This document shows, piece after piece, positions 28,469 through 39,234 of a stretch of DNA of 64,000 nucleotides. Every line of letters starts with the position of its first letter. Within the stretch, counting starts at the first letter, position 1. The stretch comes from a candidate division FCPU426 bacterium (GTDB lineage: Bacteria; Oederibacteriota; Muellerivitia; Muellerivitales; Muellerivitaceae), in assembly GCA_963796105.1 (NCBI GenBank), contig CAWCKJ010000003.1:1-64000 (forward strand). Direction: 5' to 3'. Made by a program: the position numbers and the translations under genes. A model generated the notes under the pieces. It had not been told where the DNA came from. It did no database searches and worked only from the letters and a program-made list of their open reading frames with translations.

Positions 28469-29508
28469 AAAAATACTTTATATCAGTATCCCTGGGGATT
28501 TTTGCCATTGTTGGGGGCATGGCTGGCTGTAATAAAAACAACTCCCCTGTTATTCCGGCGGGCTCGGCGGTGTTAAAACTAACGATCCCCGCGAAAATCC
28601 TGAACTCGGTGCCCTCATCGAAATCCTTGAGGATGGCAAAAGGTTTGACTGTGCCTGATTCATCCCAAGGCCGTTTGAAATACTTCATGGTCAATAGCGG
28701 GGAAGCGCCCGTTACAGGATCAATTGATTTTGCCAGCGGTTCCCAGGTCGGGGAAGTAGCGATCAATCTTCCGAAAGCCGGGAAGTGGATCGTTTCGGCC
28801 GAGTGGTTTTATACCTATAACCCCAATGCGGGTTCGGCAAATCCATCCCGGGCGTTTCCAAAAGTGGCCCTCGTAGAGGTCCCTGAGTTTGTAGGAGCCG
28901 ACATGGTGGACGTGCAGGGAACCACGCCCTTCACCCTGAACTTGGAGGATATTGGATATTCGGAATATGCTTGTTATTCGAACTATCTCACCGATCCAAA
29001 CGACTGCGATTATGGGCTCAATGGCAATTTTTATGATTATTATTCCTTCGATTCGGGAGTGGCTTTCCCGGCGACATTGGCCTTGGCAACGCCGGATATC
29101 CAGGCGGTTTTTGATGCGGCGACCACATCAACTTATTTCACGAGTCCCGTGCCGGGCAATTCTCCAGTCCCCATCTACGCTTATTTGGGAACCGGGGACT
29201 TGGTAAATTTTCCTGTGCTCCCTGATAACACCGTTTTTTACTCGACCACCCTCCAGGCGAAGGCCGCGGTATTGGGCCAGGCCTCGGCGGCGTTAACCCC
29301 CCTTGATGTTTTCGTGGTTAAGGTTCCTTCGACCAACGGGTTAGCTTGGCTTCAAATCGACACCCAGTCCTTTACCTGCGCCGCGGCCCCCAGCAGTGCC
29401 CTCCTGTATTTCTGGTTTGTTTATAACAACCAGGGGCTTAATTACATGAAGTTCCAGGAAACTACCGACGGTCACTTATATTGCAACCTAAACACCCCAG
29501 CCTCATAA
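28462..29508 (+). CDS. Hypothetical lipoprotein
   Basis: Lipobox MAGC, beta-rich. Overlaps the barrel gene stop. Confidence 0.7.
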   Translation: MVKKYFISVSLGIFAIVGGMAGCNKNNSPVIPAGSAVLKLTIPAKILNSVPSSKSLRMAKGLTVPDSSQGRLKYFMVNSGEAPVTGSIDFASGSQVGEVAINLPKAGKWIVSAEWFYTYNPNAGSANPSRAFPKVALVEVPEFVGADMVDVQGTTPFTLNLEDIGYSEYACYSNYLTDPNDCDYGLNGNFYDYYSFDSGVAFPATLALATPDIQAVFDAATTSTYFTSPVPGNSPVPIYAYLGTGDLVNFPVLPDNTVFYSTTLQAKAAVLGQASAALTPLDVFVVKVPSTNGLAWLQIDTQSFTCAAAPSSALLYFWFVYNNQGLNYMKFQETTDGHLYCNLNTPAS

Positions 29509-29620
29509 AATAGTTCTTATTGATCCGCGAAGTTAACAACTTGAATTTGACCTCCAAAATTCCGTTATTTTCTTTTTGAGTTGACCCGCGTTGTTGACAA
29601 GAATTTTATCGGAATCTTAG

Positions 29621-29629
29621 TGATATAAT
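29621..29629 (+). promoter_or_regulatory. Extended -10 element upstream of the cellulase
   Basis: TGATATAAT, 46 bp before the ATG. Confidence 0.45.
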
Positions 29630-29675
29630 TTATTCCAATCTCAGCCCTGCGATTGGAAGGATACGTATAAATCCC

Positions 29676-32600
29676 ATGAGGCACATTCCTTCCGCCGCTT
29701 TTTTCTTTTTTCTGGCTTTTTTTTCCCTCTTTAGCTCCACGGCGCAAGCCGCTTCCATCCTGGGCGATATCAAGACCGACCACTTCGGATACCGCACCGC
29801 TGATTCCAAGATCGCTTATTTCACAGCCAACCCTGGGACCACGGTGGAAGTGCATGACGCCAATACAAACGCCCTCATCATGTCCACCACCAACGTGACG
29901 GACAAGGGGACCGATTCCGGCGTAACGCTCATATCGGGCGACCATGTCTGGTGGGTGGATTTCTCCTCTCTTATTACTCCGGGGACCTATTACCTTTACT
30001 CCCCGGCCTTAACCGAGCAGTCCTACAACTTCCAGGTCTCGGACACGCGGTACCAGGCGCCCGTGACCGCCGCGCTGAAAAGCCTTTATTACGCCAGGTG
30101 CGGCGCGGCGAAAACCTCCACCAATGGGGGAGTCTGGAACGATTCGGCTTGCCATTCCTCCGACCAGGCCTGCACGGCTATTTGCGCCACCTCCGCCTCT
30201 TACCCTTCATCCATCAGCTTTAACTATGGGACCTTGAACCTATCGGGCGGCTGGCATGACGCTGGGGATTTCGAGAAGAAAATAGGGCCGGGGGCGAGCT
30301 GCGGGGTGACCGAAACGGGGGATAACGGCGACACCCTCTGGTACCTGTTAACGGCCTATGAGCTGAACCCGGGGCTTTTTCCCCAGAACCAGATCAACCT
30401 TCCCGAGTCGGGCAACGGCCTTCCGGATATCCTCAACCAAGCCAAGTGGGAGCTGGACTGGTATTTGAAAATGCAGATGACCGACGGACACGTGCTGGAG
30501 GGGGTGCACGTGACCAACTTGGGCACCCTTGCTTCCCCCCCTTCCACGGATACCACCCCTCGCGGCTACATGCCGCCCAGCTACGAGAGCGAGGCGGTTT
30601 TCACCGCGGCCATGGCCCACGCCGCCAGGATTTTCTCGGGCGTTCCCGCGGGCGCTTCCTACGCTGTGTCGCTCCGCACAGCGGCGGAACTGACCTGGAA
30701 CGACTGGGTGTCGAACGCGCCCACTACCGTCTCGGCCCTGTCTTACCTCTCTTACGGGGTGTTCAAAGTTTGGGCGGCTTCCGAGATGTTCCGGATGGAA
30801 ACCGCCTTGAATGGCCCGGCATCCATCCTGAGCGCGGCCCAGTCAATTGTTGACAATTACACCACATGGTCTTCCTATTCCTTGAATCCAACCGGCCCCT
30901 ACGCCGACTGGGCCCTGTTGAATTACCTGCAGACTCCCGGGGCCACGAATTCCACCGTTACCGGCATGCAAACCGCCCTTGGTAATTACGTCAACGCTGT
31001 TTTCAACCAGAACGACCTTTACAATTCCGGTATCTATCCCTGGATGTACTCCTGGGGTTCCAATCAGAACAAGGCTTGCGCGGGACTGGAGTTTTATTTC
31101 GCCGGCAAGCTGGGGAATACCGGCTCCTACAGCGTTTCCCAATGCAATTCCCACGCCGAGGACTTCCTGCACTACTTCCACGGCGCTAATCCCCTGAACA
31201 TGGTCTATATGACCAACACCGATTCCATGGGCGCGGAGCATTGCGTCTGGCATATCTTCAACACCTGGTTCGGACAATACGCGACCAGCTCTTCCAGGAC
31301 CAACTATATCGGAAAACCCTCGGCGGTCGTGGACTCCCTTTATCCTTACGTAGCCTCTGATAACGAGACTTCCAATTATGGCCCTCCTCCCGGTTATGTG
31401 CCTGACGGCCCCACGTACCAATATTTCCAATTGCTTGGATTGGATGTTCCACCCGACAGCCCCGGCCCTTCGGAAGCCCCCTATACCAGGGCTTACCGGG
31501 ACTTTGATTTCAATAATAACGGAGGGGACCAGTCCTGGATCGTGAACGAGGCGGGGATTTACAACGCCAGCTCCTATTTGGCCTTGAGCTCGGTTTTCGC
31601 GGGTTCAACCTACGTCACGCTCACTTCCACTGCCACACCCTCATCGACAACCACTCCGGCGTCCACCTTGACCCCAACTCCGACCATCAGCCCCACCCCC
31701 TCTCTCACGATCTCCCCTACTGCAACGGGGAGCCTTAATTCGCCAACCGTCACGCCGACTCCCACGATATGCGTACCTGTTGCCACCACCACCCCGGTTC
31801 TTATCGAGGACATGGAGGACGATAACTACCAAATCATCGTTCAGGAATGCCGGGACGGCTTTTGGTACGACAGCTCTGATGGGACGGCCCCTCTTTGGCC
31901 CGTAACGACGGGACCCTTTGTCATGAGCGCGCCCGGTTATTTGAGCAATTACGCCGCCAGGTTCACGAGCGGCCCCTGCGTGAGTTACGGCCCCGATATG
32001 GGCTTCACCCTCAAGTCCAACGGGGGCTTTTATGACGCTTCCAGTTATAACGGCATTTCTTTTTGGGCGAAAATCGGCCCAAGCGGGACCGGCGCCATCA
32101 CCCTTCAGGTCTCGGACGTCAACACGGACCCCTCCGGGAACGTCTGCACGACATGCTATGACGATTTCGGCCAGGGCGTGGTGGTCGGGAGTTCTTGGGC
32201 ACAGTACTCGGTTAGTTTCGCCGGGATGACCCAACAGGGATGGGGATTGCCCCAGGAGCCGGGCGGTCTCGTCACCTCGAAGATCAAGGCCATCCAGTGG
32301 ATCGCCGGAAAGGGGGTTTCGGTGGATTTGTGGGTGGACGACGTGGCCTTCACCCAAGTGGGAACTCCCACTGCCACGAACTCATCTACGATATCATTCA
32401 CGCCGACCCCTACCCCTACCCTGACGAAAACCCCGTCAGTCACTCCCACTCCCACCCCGACCGCCACCAACATGGGCGGTTGGACTTCCACTCCGAGCCC
32501 CTCGCCTACAGTGACCTACACCGCCACGTCACAAATAACAATCGTGACCTGTGCCCAGTACCAATTTGTGACAGTAGGGTCCTATATCGTGGAAAGCGAT

Positions 32601-34145
32601 TATTGGAACCAGACGAATTGTCCCGGCACCCAATGCATGGTCATCAACGCCTCAACCGGGGCCTTCTCAGTGACCCAAATTACCAACTGCGGCGAAAACG
32701 TTTCCAGCTATCCGAACGTGCTTTACGGCGATTCTTTCGGGGTCTCCAGTCCCGGAAGCGTCCTTCCTATGCCGGTCAGCGCCTTGTCCTGCGTGACCAG
32801 CAATTGGAATTTCAGCGTGGGGGGCGTCTCCACTGACTCCTATGACGTGGCCTATGACATCTGGTTTTGCAAGGACAACACCTGCGGGTCCACCGGGTTC
32901 CCTGGCGGGGCCGAGCTGATGATCTGGCTGGATTACCAGAACGCCCCCGGCTGGGAGTATGACCTGGGAACGGTGAGCCTTGCGGGGCATAATTGGGAAG
33001 TTTGGACATTCAATCAAGGCTCCAATGGGGTCAGTTGGACCTACCTGGCTTACATGATCCAGGCCCCGATGGTCACTTCCGTAACCAATTTGGATTTAAA
33101 CGCCTTCTTCAAGGATGCGGTCTCCAGGGGCTATATCCAGAATTCCTGGTATCTCTACGCCGTCCAGGCGGGGGATGAACTGAGAACGGGAGGCTTGCCT
33201 TTCAACAACAACAGCTTCTCGGTTGCCATCAACAACGGCTGTGGGTCTCCCACGGCCACAGGGACGCCTACGGCGACTCCGACCAGCACCTCCACGCCCT
33301 CTCCCACCACCACGCCTACATTTTCGCCCACCCCGTCCCGGACGAATACCTTAACGAATACTCCGACACCATCCCCAACCCCGACATCCACCAACACCCA
33401 AACCCCTACCTATACTCCAACCATTACGCTCACTCCGACGGCTACCCCGACTCTCACCCCAACGGCGACACCCACAAGCACCTCCACTATCACCAATAGT
33501 CCCACGCCATGGCCCACTGGAGTTCCTACTTGGACTTTCACCGATACTCCTTCGGTAACGCCAACTCCCACGAACACGATGACCCTTACTCCAACATTAA
33601 CCCTCACTTCGACCTTTTCTCCCACAATGACACCGTCCCAAAGCCCTACCAACACGGCTACAAACAGCCCGACCTATAGCATCACACCGACATCATCATT
33701 TACCCTGGCGAGTACACCAACCTCGACTTTCACAAATACGCCCTCACCAACTGAAAGCCCCGCCCAAACCCTGACGCCGTCTCCGACCCCTTCCTTCACC
33801 TTAACGATCACACCTTCTTTTACCTCTGCAACAACGATCTCTCCGACGCCCGGGGTTTCGGGCGTAGTGATCGGCCTTCCCCGTCCCAACCCCAGCGGCC
33901 AGGGGCCCGTCACCATTCCTTTACAGGTTCCTGCCGGTTCCAGCGTCGAATGGAGCGTCTATACCACGGCCTTCCGCAAGATCCTGGATGTCAGCCAGCC
34001 CATACCGGGAAACAACGCGGCGATTGATTGGAAATTAAAAGACGCTTGGGGAACACCCGTGGCCGACGGCCTTTATTACCTGAAAGTCCAGGTTACGGGC
34101 CCAGTCAAGGCTTCCAAGGTATTGAAAGTCCTGGTGACCCGTTAA
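29676..34145 (+). CDS. Multimodular cellulase: Ig-like + GH9 + CBM11-like + GH12 + P/T/S linkers + C-terminal Ig-like domain
   Basis: [10 protein letters not shown] and SWIVNEAGI (GH9); [14 protein letters not shown] and LWVDDVAF (CBM11-like); DVAYDIW, AELMIWL and VQAGDE (GH12). Confidence 0.9.
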   Translation: MRHIPSAAFFFFLAFFSLFSSTAQAASILGDIKTDHFGYRTADSKIAYFTANPGTTVEVHDANTNALIMSTTNVTDKGTDSGVTLISGDHVWWVDFSSLITPGTYYLYSPALTEQSYNFQVSDTRYQAPVTAALKSLYYARCGAAKTSTNGGVWNDSACHSSDQACTAICATSASYPSSISFNYGTLNLSGGWHDAGDFEKKIGPGASCGVTETGDNGDTLWYLLTAYELNPGLFPQNQINLPESGNGLPDILNQAKWELDWYLKMQMTDGHVLEGVHVTNLGTLASPPSTDTTPRGYMPPSYESEAVFTAAMAHAARIFSGVPAGASYAVSLRTAAELTWNDWVSNAPTTVSALSYLSYGVFKVWAASEMFRMETALNGPASILSAAQSIVDNYTTWSSYSLNPTGPYADWALLNYLQTPGATNSTVTGMQTALGNYVNAVFNQNDLYNSGIYPWMYSWGSNQNKACAGLEFYFAGKLGNTGSYSVSQCNSHAEDFLHYFHGANPLNMVYMTNTDSMGAEHCVWHIFNTWFGQYATSSSRTNYIGKPSAVVDSLYPYVASDNETSNYGPPPGYVPDGPTYQYFQLLGLDVPPDSPGPSEAPYTRAYRDFDFNNNGGDQSWIVNEAGIYNASSYLALSSVFAGSTYVTLTSTATPSSTTTPASTLTPTPTISPTPSLTISPTATGSLNSPTVTPTPTICVPVATTTPVLIEDMEDDNYQIIVQECRDGFWYDSSDGTAPLWPVTTGPFVMSAPGYLSNYAARFTSGPCVSYGPDMGFTLKSNGGFYDASSYNGISFWAKIGPSGTGAITLQVSDVNTDPSGNVCTTCYDDFGQGVVVGSSWAQYSVSFAGMTQQGWGLPQEPGGLVTSKIKAIQWIAGKGVSVDLWVDDVAFTQVGTPTATNSSTISFTPTPTPTLTKTPSVTPTPTPTATNMGGWTSTPSPSPTVTYTATSQITIVTCAQYQFVTVGSYIVESDYWNQTNCPGTQCMVINASTGAFSVTQITNCGENVSSYPNVLYGDSFGVSSPGSVLPMPVSALSCVTSNWNFSVGGVSTDSYDVAYDIWFCKDNTCGSTGFPGGAELMIWLDYQNAPGWEYDLGTVSLAGHNWEVWTFNQGSNGVSWTYLAYMIQAPMVTSVTNLDLNAFFKDAVSRGYIQNSWYLYAVQAGDELRTGGLPFNNNSFSVAINNGCGSPTATGTPTATPTSTSTPSPTTTPTFSPTPSRTNTLTNTPTPSPTPTSTNTQTPTYTPTITLTPTATPTLTPTATPTSTSTITNSPTPWPTGVPTWTFTDTPSVTPTPTNTMTLTPTLTLTSTFSPTMTPSQSPTNTATNSPTYSITPTSSFTLASTPTSTFTNTPSPTESPAQTLTPSPTPSFTLTITPSFTSATTISPTPGVSGVVIGLPRPNPSGQGPVTIPLQVPAGSSVEWSVYTTAFRKILDVSQPIPGNNAAIDWKLKDAWGTPVADGLYYLKVQVTGPVKASKVLKVLVTR

Positions 34146-34177
34146 AAAATGCTGGGGAACTTGTATAATAACTAAAT

Positions 34178-35167
34178 ATGAAATACTTAAACCTGTTGAT
34201 CTCCCTAGGGTTTCTCACTCTTCTCCCTTTCGCTTGTTCTAAAAATTATTCTATTGCCCCGACTCACCCTAATCCGACTAGTACTCCGACATCTACGCCT
34301 TGCGGATATCCTGGGAATACTTGCACTTTCACCCCCACCAACACTGCTACCTCCACTCCGACGGCAACCCCAACTCCGACCGCCACTTATTCTCCGACTC
34401 CCATTGTTTCGATGCCAAGGTTGTATGTCGCCCTGGGGGATAGCATCTCCTACGGTTACGACTTGACCGACACTTCGCTGAGTTTCGTGAACCTTCTTTT
34501 CCAGAATAACAACACCGCTTATCCGGCGGACACGGGCATGGACCTTTCCACAAAATATCCGGGAATGCAGCTGCTCAACCTGTCCATTCCCGGGGCCAGG
34601 ACCCAAGAGGTTATCGCGGACGAGATGCCATCCATACCCCAAGGATCATCGGAGCCGATTTTCGTTACCATCCTCATAGGGGGAAATGAGTTGATTACTC
34701 CCTGCGGCTCCAGCTACTCGGACCCTCCCTGCGACGGCTATGTTTTTGGGTGCACCCTGGCCCAGGGTACGACTTGGTCCTACAACTTCAAGGCGCGCCT
34801 GGAAACCCAGATCGTGCAAGTGCTCCAAAACACCTCGACTTACCCTGGCATCCAGAAAATCGTGATCGGAAACATCTACGATCCGACGGATGGGACTGGC
34901 CTGGCGGCCTATGGCTGGGCTGCGGCGGAGGGGGTTTTGGCGCAATATAACCAAAGGATCAAGGAGGTTGCTTCCGAGACAGGTGTGGATTTGGTGGACG
35001 ACTATACCCCATTCCTGGGGCACGGAACCCAATACAACAACACATCCAACCCCTATTACGATGCCTCCGATCCCACCTTTTGGTACGTCAATGCTACACC
35101 CATCCCCATCCACCCCGACGTTTTGGGGCATTACCACCTCAAGCACCTGTTCTGGCCGAATTTTTAG
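34178..35167 (+). CDS. SGNH/GDSL hydrolase lipoprotein with PT linker
   Basis: Lipobox LPFAC. YVALGDSIS, PGART, IGGNE and IHP motifs. Confidence 0.85.
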   Translation: MKYLNLLISLGFLTLLPFACSKNYSIAPTHPNPTSTPTSTPCGYPGNTCTFTPTNTATSTPTATPTPTATYSPTPIVSMPRLYVALGDSISYGYDLTDTSLSFVNLLFQNNNTAYPADTGMDLSTKYPGMQLLNLSIPGARTQEVIADEMPSIPQGSSEPIFVTILIGGNELITPCGSSYSDPPCDGYVFGCTLAQGTTWSYNFKARLETQIVQVLQNTSTYPGIQKIVIGNIYDPTDGTGLAAYGWAAAEGVLAQYNQRIKEVASETGVDLVDDYTPFLGHGTQYNNTSNPYYDASDPTFWYVNATPIPIHPDVLGHYHLKHLFWPNF

Positions 35168-35170
35168 CGG

Positions 35171-35421
35171 AAAACCTGGTTCCCTAGATCGAAAACCCTG
35201 TTCATTAGGACTAGAAACCCGGTTCACTTTGCCAAAAACTCAGTTCACAAGAGCCGAAAACCCAGTTCACTTGGGGCAAAACCCAGTTCACTCCGGCGGG
35301 AAATCCAGTTTCACTTTGCCAAAAACTCAGTTCACAAGAGCCGAAAACCCAGTTCACCAGGTCGAAAACTCAGTTCACTTGGCCTAAAAACCCGGTTCAC
35401 TAGGCATAAAACTCAGTTCAC
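35171..35421 (+). repeat. Twelve-copy tandem array, core AAAACYCRGTTCAC, period 21/22 bp
   Basis: Cores at 35171, 35192, 35214, 35235, 35257, 35278, 35300, 35322, 35344, 35365, 35387, 35408. Confidence 0.92.
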
Positions 35422-35688
35422 TCGAGCCGCTGGCCGGAGCCGGGATTACCGTTGGCCGGTGTCGGGATATCCGCCGCTTGGTGACGGTATTTTACTGATA
35501 TATAGTTTTATCGTTGTTATATTCGCAGTGGCGGGGGAAAGTGGCCTTTTTCCAATGCTTTCAGCTGGGTCTCTGTGTCCCTGTGGTGAAATGGGCCTAG
35601 TTTCTTGGTCTTGCCAAAAGCCCTCCTTCGATTTATCTTGCCCCTGGCTTAGTTGTGCTGGTTTTTATTCATTTTAAGGAGAAGCAAC

Positions 35689-36270
35689 ATGAAACGAGTG
35701 TTTATCGCCGCTTTATTGCTGGGATTCTGCCTAGCCGGTTCCAGGCTCTGGGCGAAGGGTGCTGGTCCCCAAGCCATTATCAAGCTGGCCAAGGGGGGGG
35801 AGATCGTCATCAAGTTTTACCCCCAGGACGCTCCTGAAAGCGTGGCCAATTTCATCAAGCTGGCGAAGAAGGGCTTCTATGACGGGCTTGCTTTCCACCG
35901 GGTGGTTCCGGGCTTTGTGGTGCAGGGAGGGGACCCGAATGGCGATGGAAGCGGCGGTCCTGGATACACCATCAAGGGTGAATTTACGGAAAACGGCGTG
36001 AACAATACCCAGAAACATGTCGATGGGGCGGTAGCCATGGCTCGCACGAATGTTCCCGACTCAGCTGGAAGCCAGTTCTACATCTGCCTGGGCGCCCAAC
36101 CCGCTTTGGACGGCAAGTACGCCGTGTTCGGCCAAGTGGTGAAGGGAATGGAATACGTCCAGCAGATTCAGATGGGGGATAAGATGGAAAAGGTCACTAT
36201 CGTCGGTGGCGGGGCTGGAAAAAAGAAAGCGGCCAAGCCCGCAGCAGAAGCCACCCCTACCGGTAAATAG
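35689..36270 (+). CDS. Exported cyclophilin-type peptidyl-prolyl isomerase
   Basis: FYDGLAFHRVVPGFVVQGGDP, SAGSQFYI, LDGKYAVFG. ATG 35689 after AAGGAG. Confidence 0.95.
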   Translation: MKRVFIAALLLGFCLAGSRLWAKGAGPQAIIKLAKGGEIVIKFYPQDAPESVANFIKLAKKGFYDGLAFHRVVPGFVVQGGDPNGDGSGGPGYTIKGEFTENGVNNTQKHVDGAVAMARTNVPDSAGSQFYICLGAQPALDGKYAVFGQVVKGMEYVQQIQMGDKMEKVTIVGGGAGKKKAAKPAAEATPTGK

Positions 36271-36454
36271 TATTTACGCTTAAGGGCCCGGCTCTACGCG
36301 CCAAAACGTAGAGCCGAAACTCCTTATTGTGGTTGTGCTAATCTACATGCGAGTAGTGAAAAGTAGGTCACTTTTATCTTTCTGATACTGCCCCTAAAAT
36401 CCTCGCTCGACTATAATCGCCGTGGTGTAACATTCATCATCAAAGGGTTTTCCA

Positions 36455-37036
36455 ATGACTATTTCCGATTTCCTTAGCCTCTTTTTGCCCTTGTTTGTGG
36501 CCATGGACCCATTGGGAGTCTTGCCTGCCTTTATCCAAATGACATCCGATATTCCATCCAAGAAGCGCCAGAAGATCGTAGATGGGTCTATCCTGACGGC
36601 TGGGGTGGTAGGACTTCTTTTTATCCCATTGGGTCCGCTAGTTTTAAGCGCATTGGGTTTGAAACCGGGGGATTTCCAGGTAGCGGGAGGTCTATTGGTT
36701 TTGGTGATCGCCCTGAGGGATATTATCTGGGACCAGAAGATGTTTACCCATGACCACCGGCCAGGGGCGGGCATTGTGCCCTTGGGGATTCCTTTATTGG
36801 TGGGGCCCGCGGTATTGGCGACCCTTATTCTCCTGAAAGCCCGTTTCAACCCTATTGAGATCGGGTCCAGCTTGGTCCTGAACCTGGCCATCAACTGGAT
36901 TGTTTTCAGACAGTCGGATTTATTGATGCGTTGGATGGGAGTGGCGGGGACCAAGGTGGTCTCAAAGCTGGCCGCGCTTCTTCTGGCCGCCTACGCGGTG
37001 ATGATGATTCGTGTTGGCCTTTCGTCTTTTAGGTAG
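36455..37036 (+). CDS. MarC-family membrane protein
   Basis: LFVAMDPLG, FQVAGG and IVPLGIPLLVGP motifs. Confidence 0.9.
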   Translation: MTISDFLSLFLPLFVAMDPLGVLPAFIQMTSDIPSKKRQKIVDGSILTAGVVGLLFIPLGPLVLSALGLKPGDFQVAGGLLVLVIALRDIIWDQKMFTHDHRPGAGIVPLGIPLLVGPAVLATLILLKARFNPIEIGSSLVLNLAINWIVFRQSDLLMRWMGVAGTKVVSKLAALLLAAYAVMMIRVGLSSFR

Positions 37037-37175
37037 GATTTTAAAAAATTTCAAACCGAATTCTAATTATCACCACAGTGGAGCTTCTCGACACATAGTG
37101 AAAAAGTTAAATAAATTTTAGGTTTTTACTGGGTCGCCGAGCCTCTGCGGTAAACATTTTTTATTAGAGGTTTTC

Positions 37176-38066
37176 ATGTCCAAGTCTAGGGTTATAGTCA
37201 TCTATAAACAAAGCGCCTTCATGAGATTGCAGGCGGGCGATATCCCCACCAACCGCCTGGAAAAAGGGCGGTATTGGAAGATTATTTGCGGAAGCCATCA
37301 GCGCCACACGGATACTATTCAAAAAGTTAAAGATGTTCTGAAACAAGAAGGTTTGCATGCGGTTTATTTCCACCGCAACCAACTCCAACAACTTCGGGAT
37401 GCCGATAAAAGGTTCGATTTGGCCATTTCCGTCGGTGGGGACGGCACCTTGCTTGATTCCTGCCACCATCTCCATACCATTCCAATCCTGGGCGTGAATT
37501 CGGACCCGCAGCGGAGTGTCGCGCGGTTCAGCGGATGTGTCGCCGAGGATTTTCATCCATTATTAGCAGCTTATCTCGCGGGCAAATTAAAACCCGTGGC
37601 GGTTCCCCGGATTGAGTTTTCCATCAATGGAAAAGTCCACCCTTGGAGGGTTTTGAATGACATCTTGATCAGCACCCTCAGCCCGGCTGGGACCTCCCGC
37701 TACATGCTGAAGATCGGGGCCGATATAGAGGAGCAAATGTCCAGCGGCATTTGGGTGAGCACCGCGGCCGGCTCCACCGCCGCCAACGCCTCGGCCGGCG
37801 GAAAAACACTTCCCGCCACAGCCAAGAAATTCCAGTACGTGGTGCGGGAAGTCTATCAAAGGAAATTCGGGCACCGCAGGCACATTAAGGGGATTTTAAG
37901 CCAAGGCCAAACTTTGGAAATTATTTCCTACATGAAAGACGGGAGGATCTTCGTGGACGGCTCCAACCGGATTGTGCCTTTCGGACTGGGCGACCGGCTC
38001 AAGATCGGGCTTTCAAGGGCTCCCATGAAGTTGGTGGGGTTGAAACTGAAAATGCAGAAAAAATAG
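37176..38066 (+). CDS. nadK: NAD(+)/NADH kinase
   Basis: GGDGTLL, LND and STAAGSTA..SAGG motifs. Confidence 0.88.
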   Translation: MSKSRVIVIYKQSAFMRLQAGDIPTNRLEKGRYWKIICGSHQRHTDTIQKVKDVLKQEGLHAVYFHRNQLQQLRDADKRFDLAISVGGDGTLLDSCHHLHTIPILGVNSDPQRSVARFSGCVAEDFHPLLAAYLAGKLKPVAVPRIEFSINGKVHPWRVLNDILISTLSPAGTSRYMLKIGADIEEQMSSGIWVSTAAGSTAANASAGGKTLPATAKKFQYVVREVYQRKFGHRRHIKGILSQGQTLEIISYMKDGRIFVDGSNRIVPFGLGDRLKIGLSRAPMKLVGLKLKMQKK

Positions 38067-38357
38067 AAATTCCAAATAAAAAAATAAATTCAATTTAACC
38101 ACAGGTTCCTTCGAAACCGCAAAGACTCAGTTTAAGCAATCTCGTTAATATCTTCTTCTGTGATGCGATAGCAATGTGGTTCCCATGGGAACCCGTGGTG
38201 AAGGTGTTGTGGTTTGAAAGCGGCATCTTTTATAGCTTTTACCGAATATAACTCAGATAAATTCCTTTAATGATTATGATTTTAATCAAATTGCCTATTG
38301 AGTCCTTAAGGTAAGCTATGCCCGCGGTTGAGACAATAATTAATCCAGGAGGCGTTT

Positions 38358-39017
38358 ATGAGATTCATACTTTTGGGGGAACCAGGGGCCGGCAAAGGGA
38401 CCTATTCCGCGGTTTTAATCAAGAAATTCCAAATCCCGCAGGTCTCGACCGGAGACATTTTGCGAGCGGCGGTGAAGGCCGGTACCCCCTTGGGCCTGAA
38501 GGCCCAGGAGTTCATGAAAAAGGGTGAATTGGTGCCGGATACCGTGGTGATCGGACTTGTGAAGGAAAGATTGAACCAGCCCGACGCTAATAAGGGATTC
38601 ATCTTGGATGGATTCCCCAGGACCATACCCCAGGCCGAGGCTTTGGAAGGAATACTCAAGGAATTGGGTAAACCAGTGAACGCGGTGCTGAAGATCGAGG
38701 TGGGTAGGGAAACACTGATTACCCGACTGACGGGCCGCCGGGTCTGTAAGGGATGCGGGGCGACCTACAATGTCAACACAGGTCTTCCTCCGAAAAAAGA
38801 AGGGGTTTGCGACAAGTGCGGCGGGGAAGTTATCCAAAGGGCTGACGACGAAAGGGCCACCATAGAGAACCGCCTGAATGTTTACCAAAAAGATACATCG
38901 CCCTTGATCGCCTATTACGATAAAAAGGGTATCTTGAAACGCATTCCCTGCGAGGGGCCGTTGCAGGAAGTCTTGGATCGTTTCGAGAAGGCCGCTTTGG
39001 CAGCGGTCGGGAAGTAA
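38358..39017 (+). CDS. adk: Adenylate kinase with Zn lid
   Basis: GEPGAGKGT, STGDILR, ILDGFPRT and CxxC..CxxC motifs. Confidence 0.97.
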   Translation: MRFILLGEPGAGKGTYSAVLIKKFQIPQVSTGDILRAAVKAGTPLGLKAQEFMKKGELVPDTVVIGLVKERLNQPDANKGFILDGFPRTIPQAEALEGILKELGKPVNAVLKIEVGRETLITRLTGRRVCKGCGATYNVNTGLPPKKEGVCDKCGGEVIQRADDERATIENRLNVYQKDTSPLIAYYDKKGILKRIPCEGPLQEVLDRFEKAALAAVGK

Positions 39018-39234
39018 TTAAAGACCCGGAAAATTCTAATCCACCACAGGGACTCAGAGACACAGCCATACTAGGCTTGGTTTCTTTGCTTTAAACTGAG
39101 TCTCTGGGTCTCTGTGCCGATCTTCTATTTGGAGATATTGAGATCGGTACTATGCCAGCCTCGTTAAAAGATTTATTGAAGGCTGGCATGTGGTGAATGC
39201 TGTTCGGGAGTTTTAAATAAATCCGGAGGGTTCC

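Noticed and set aside
29530..29675. CRP site linking the cyclase to the cellulase
   Set aside because: No convincing TGTGA-N6-TCACA match was seen.
33245..33860. Low-complexity DNA as a tandem or mobile repeat
   Set aside because: It encodes the Pro/Thr/Ser linker with varied codons.
34890..35387. 165-aa ORF across the repeat array
   Set aside because: It overlaps the SGNH gene out of frame, and the 21/22-bp period is inconsistent with a coding repeat.
35171..35421. CRISPR array
   Set aside because: Variable parts are only 7-8 bp and partly duplicated, and no cas genes are present.
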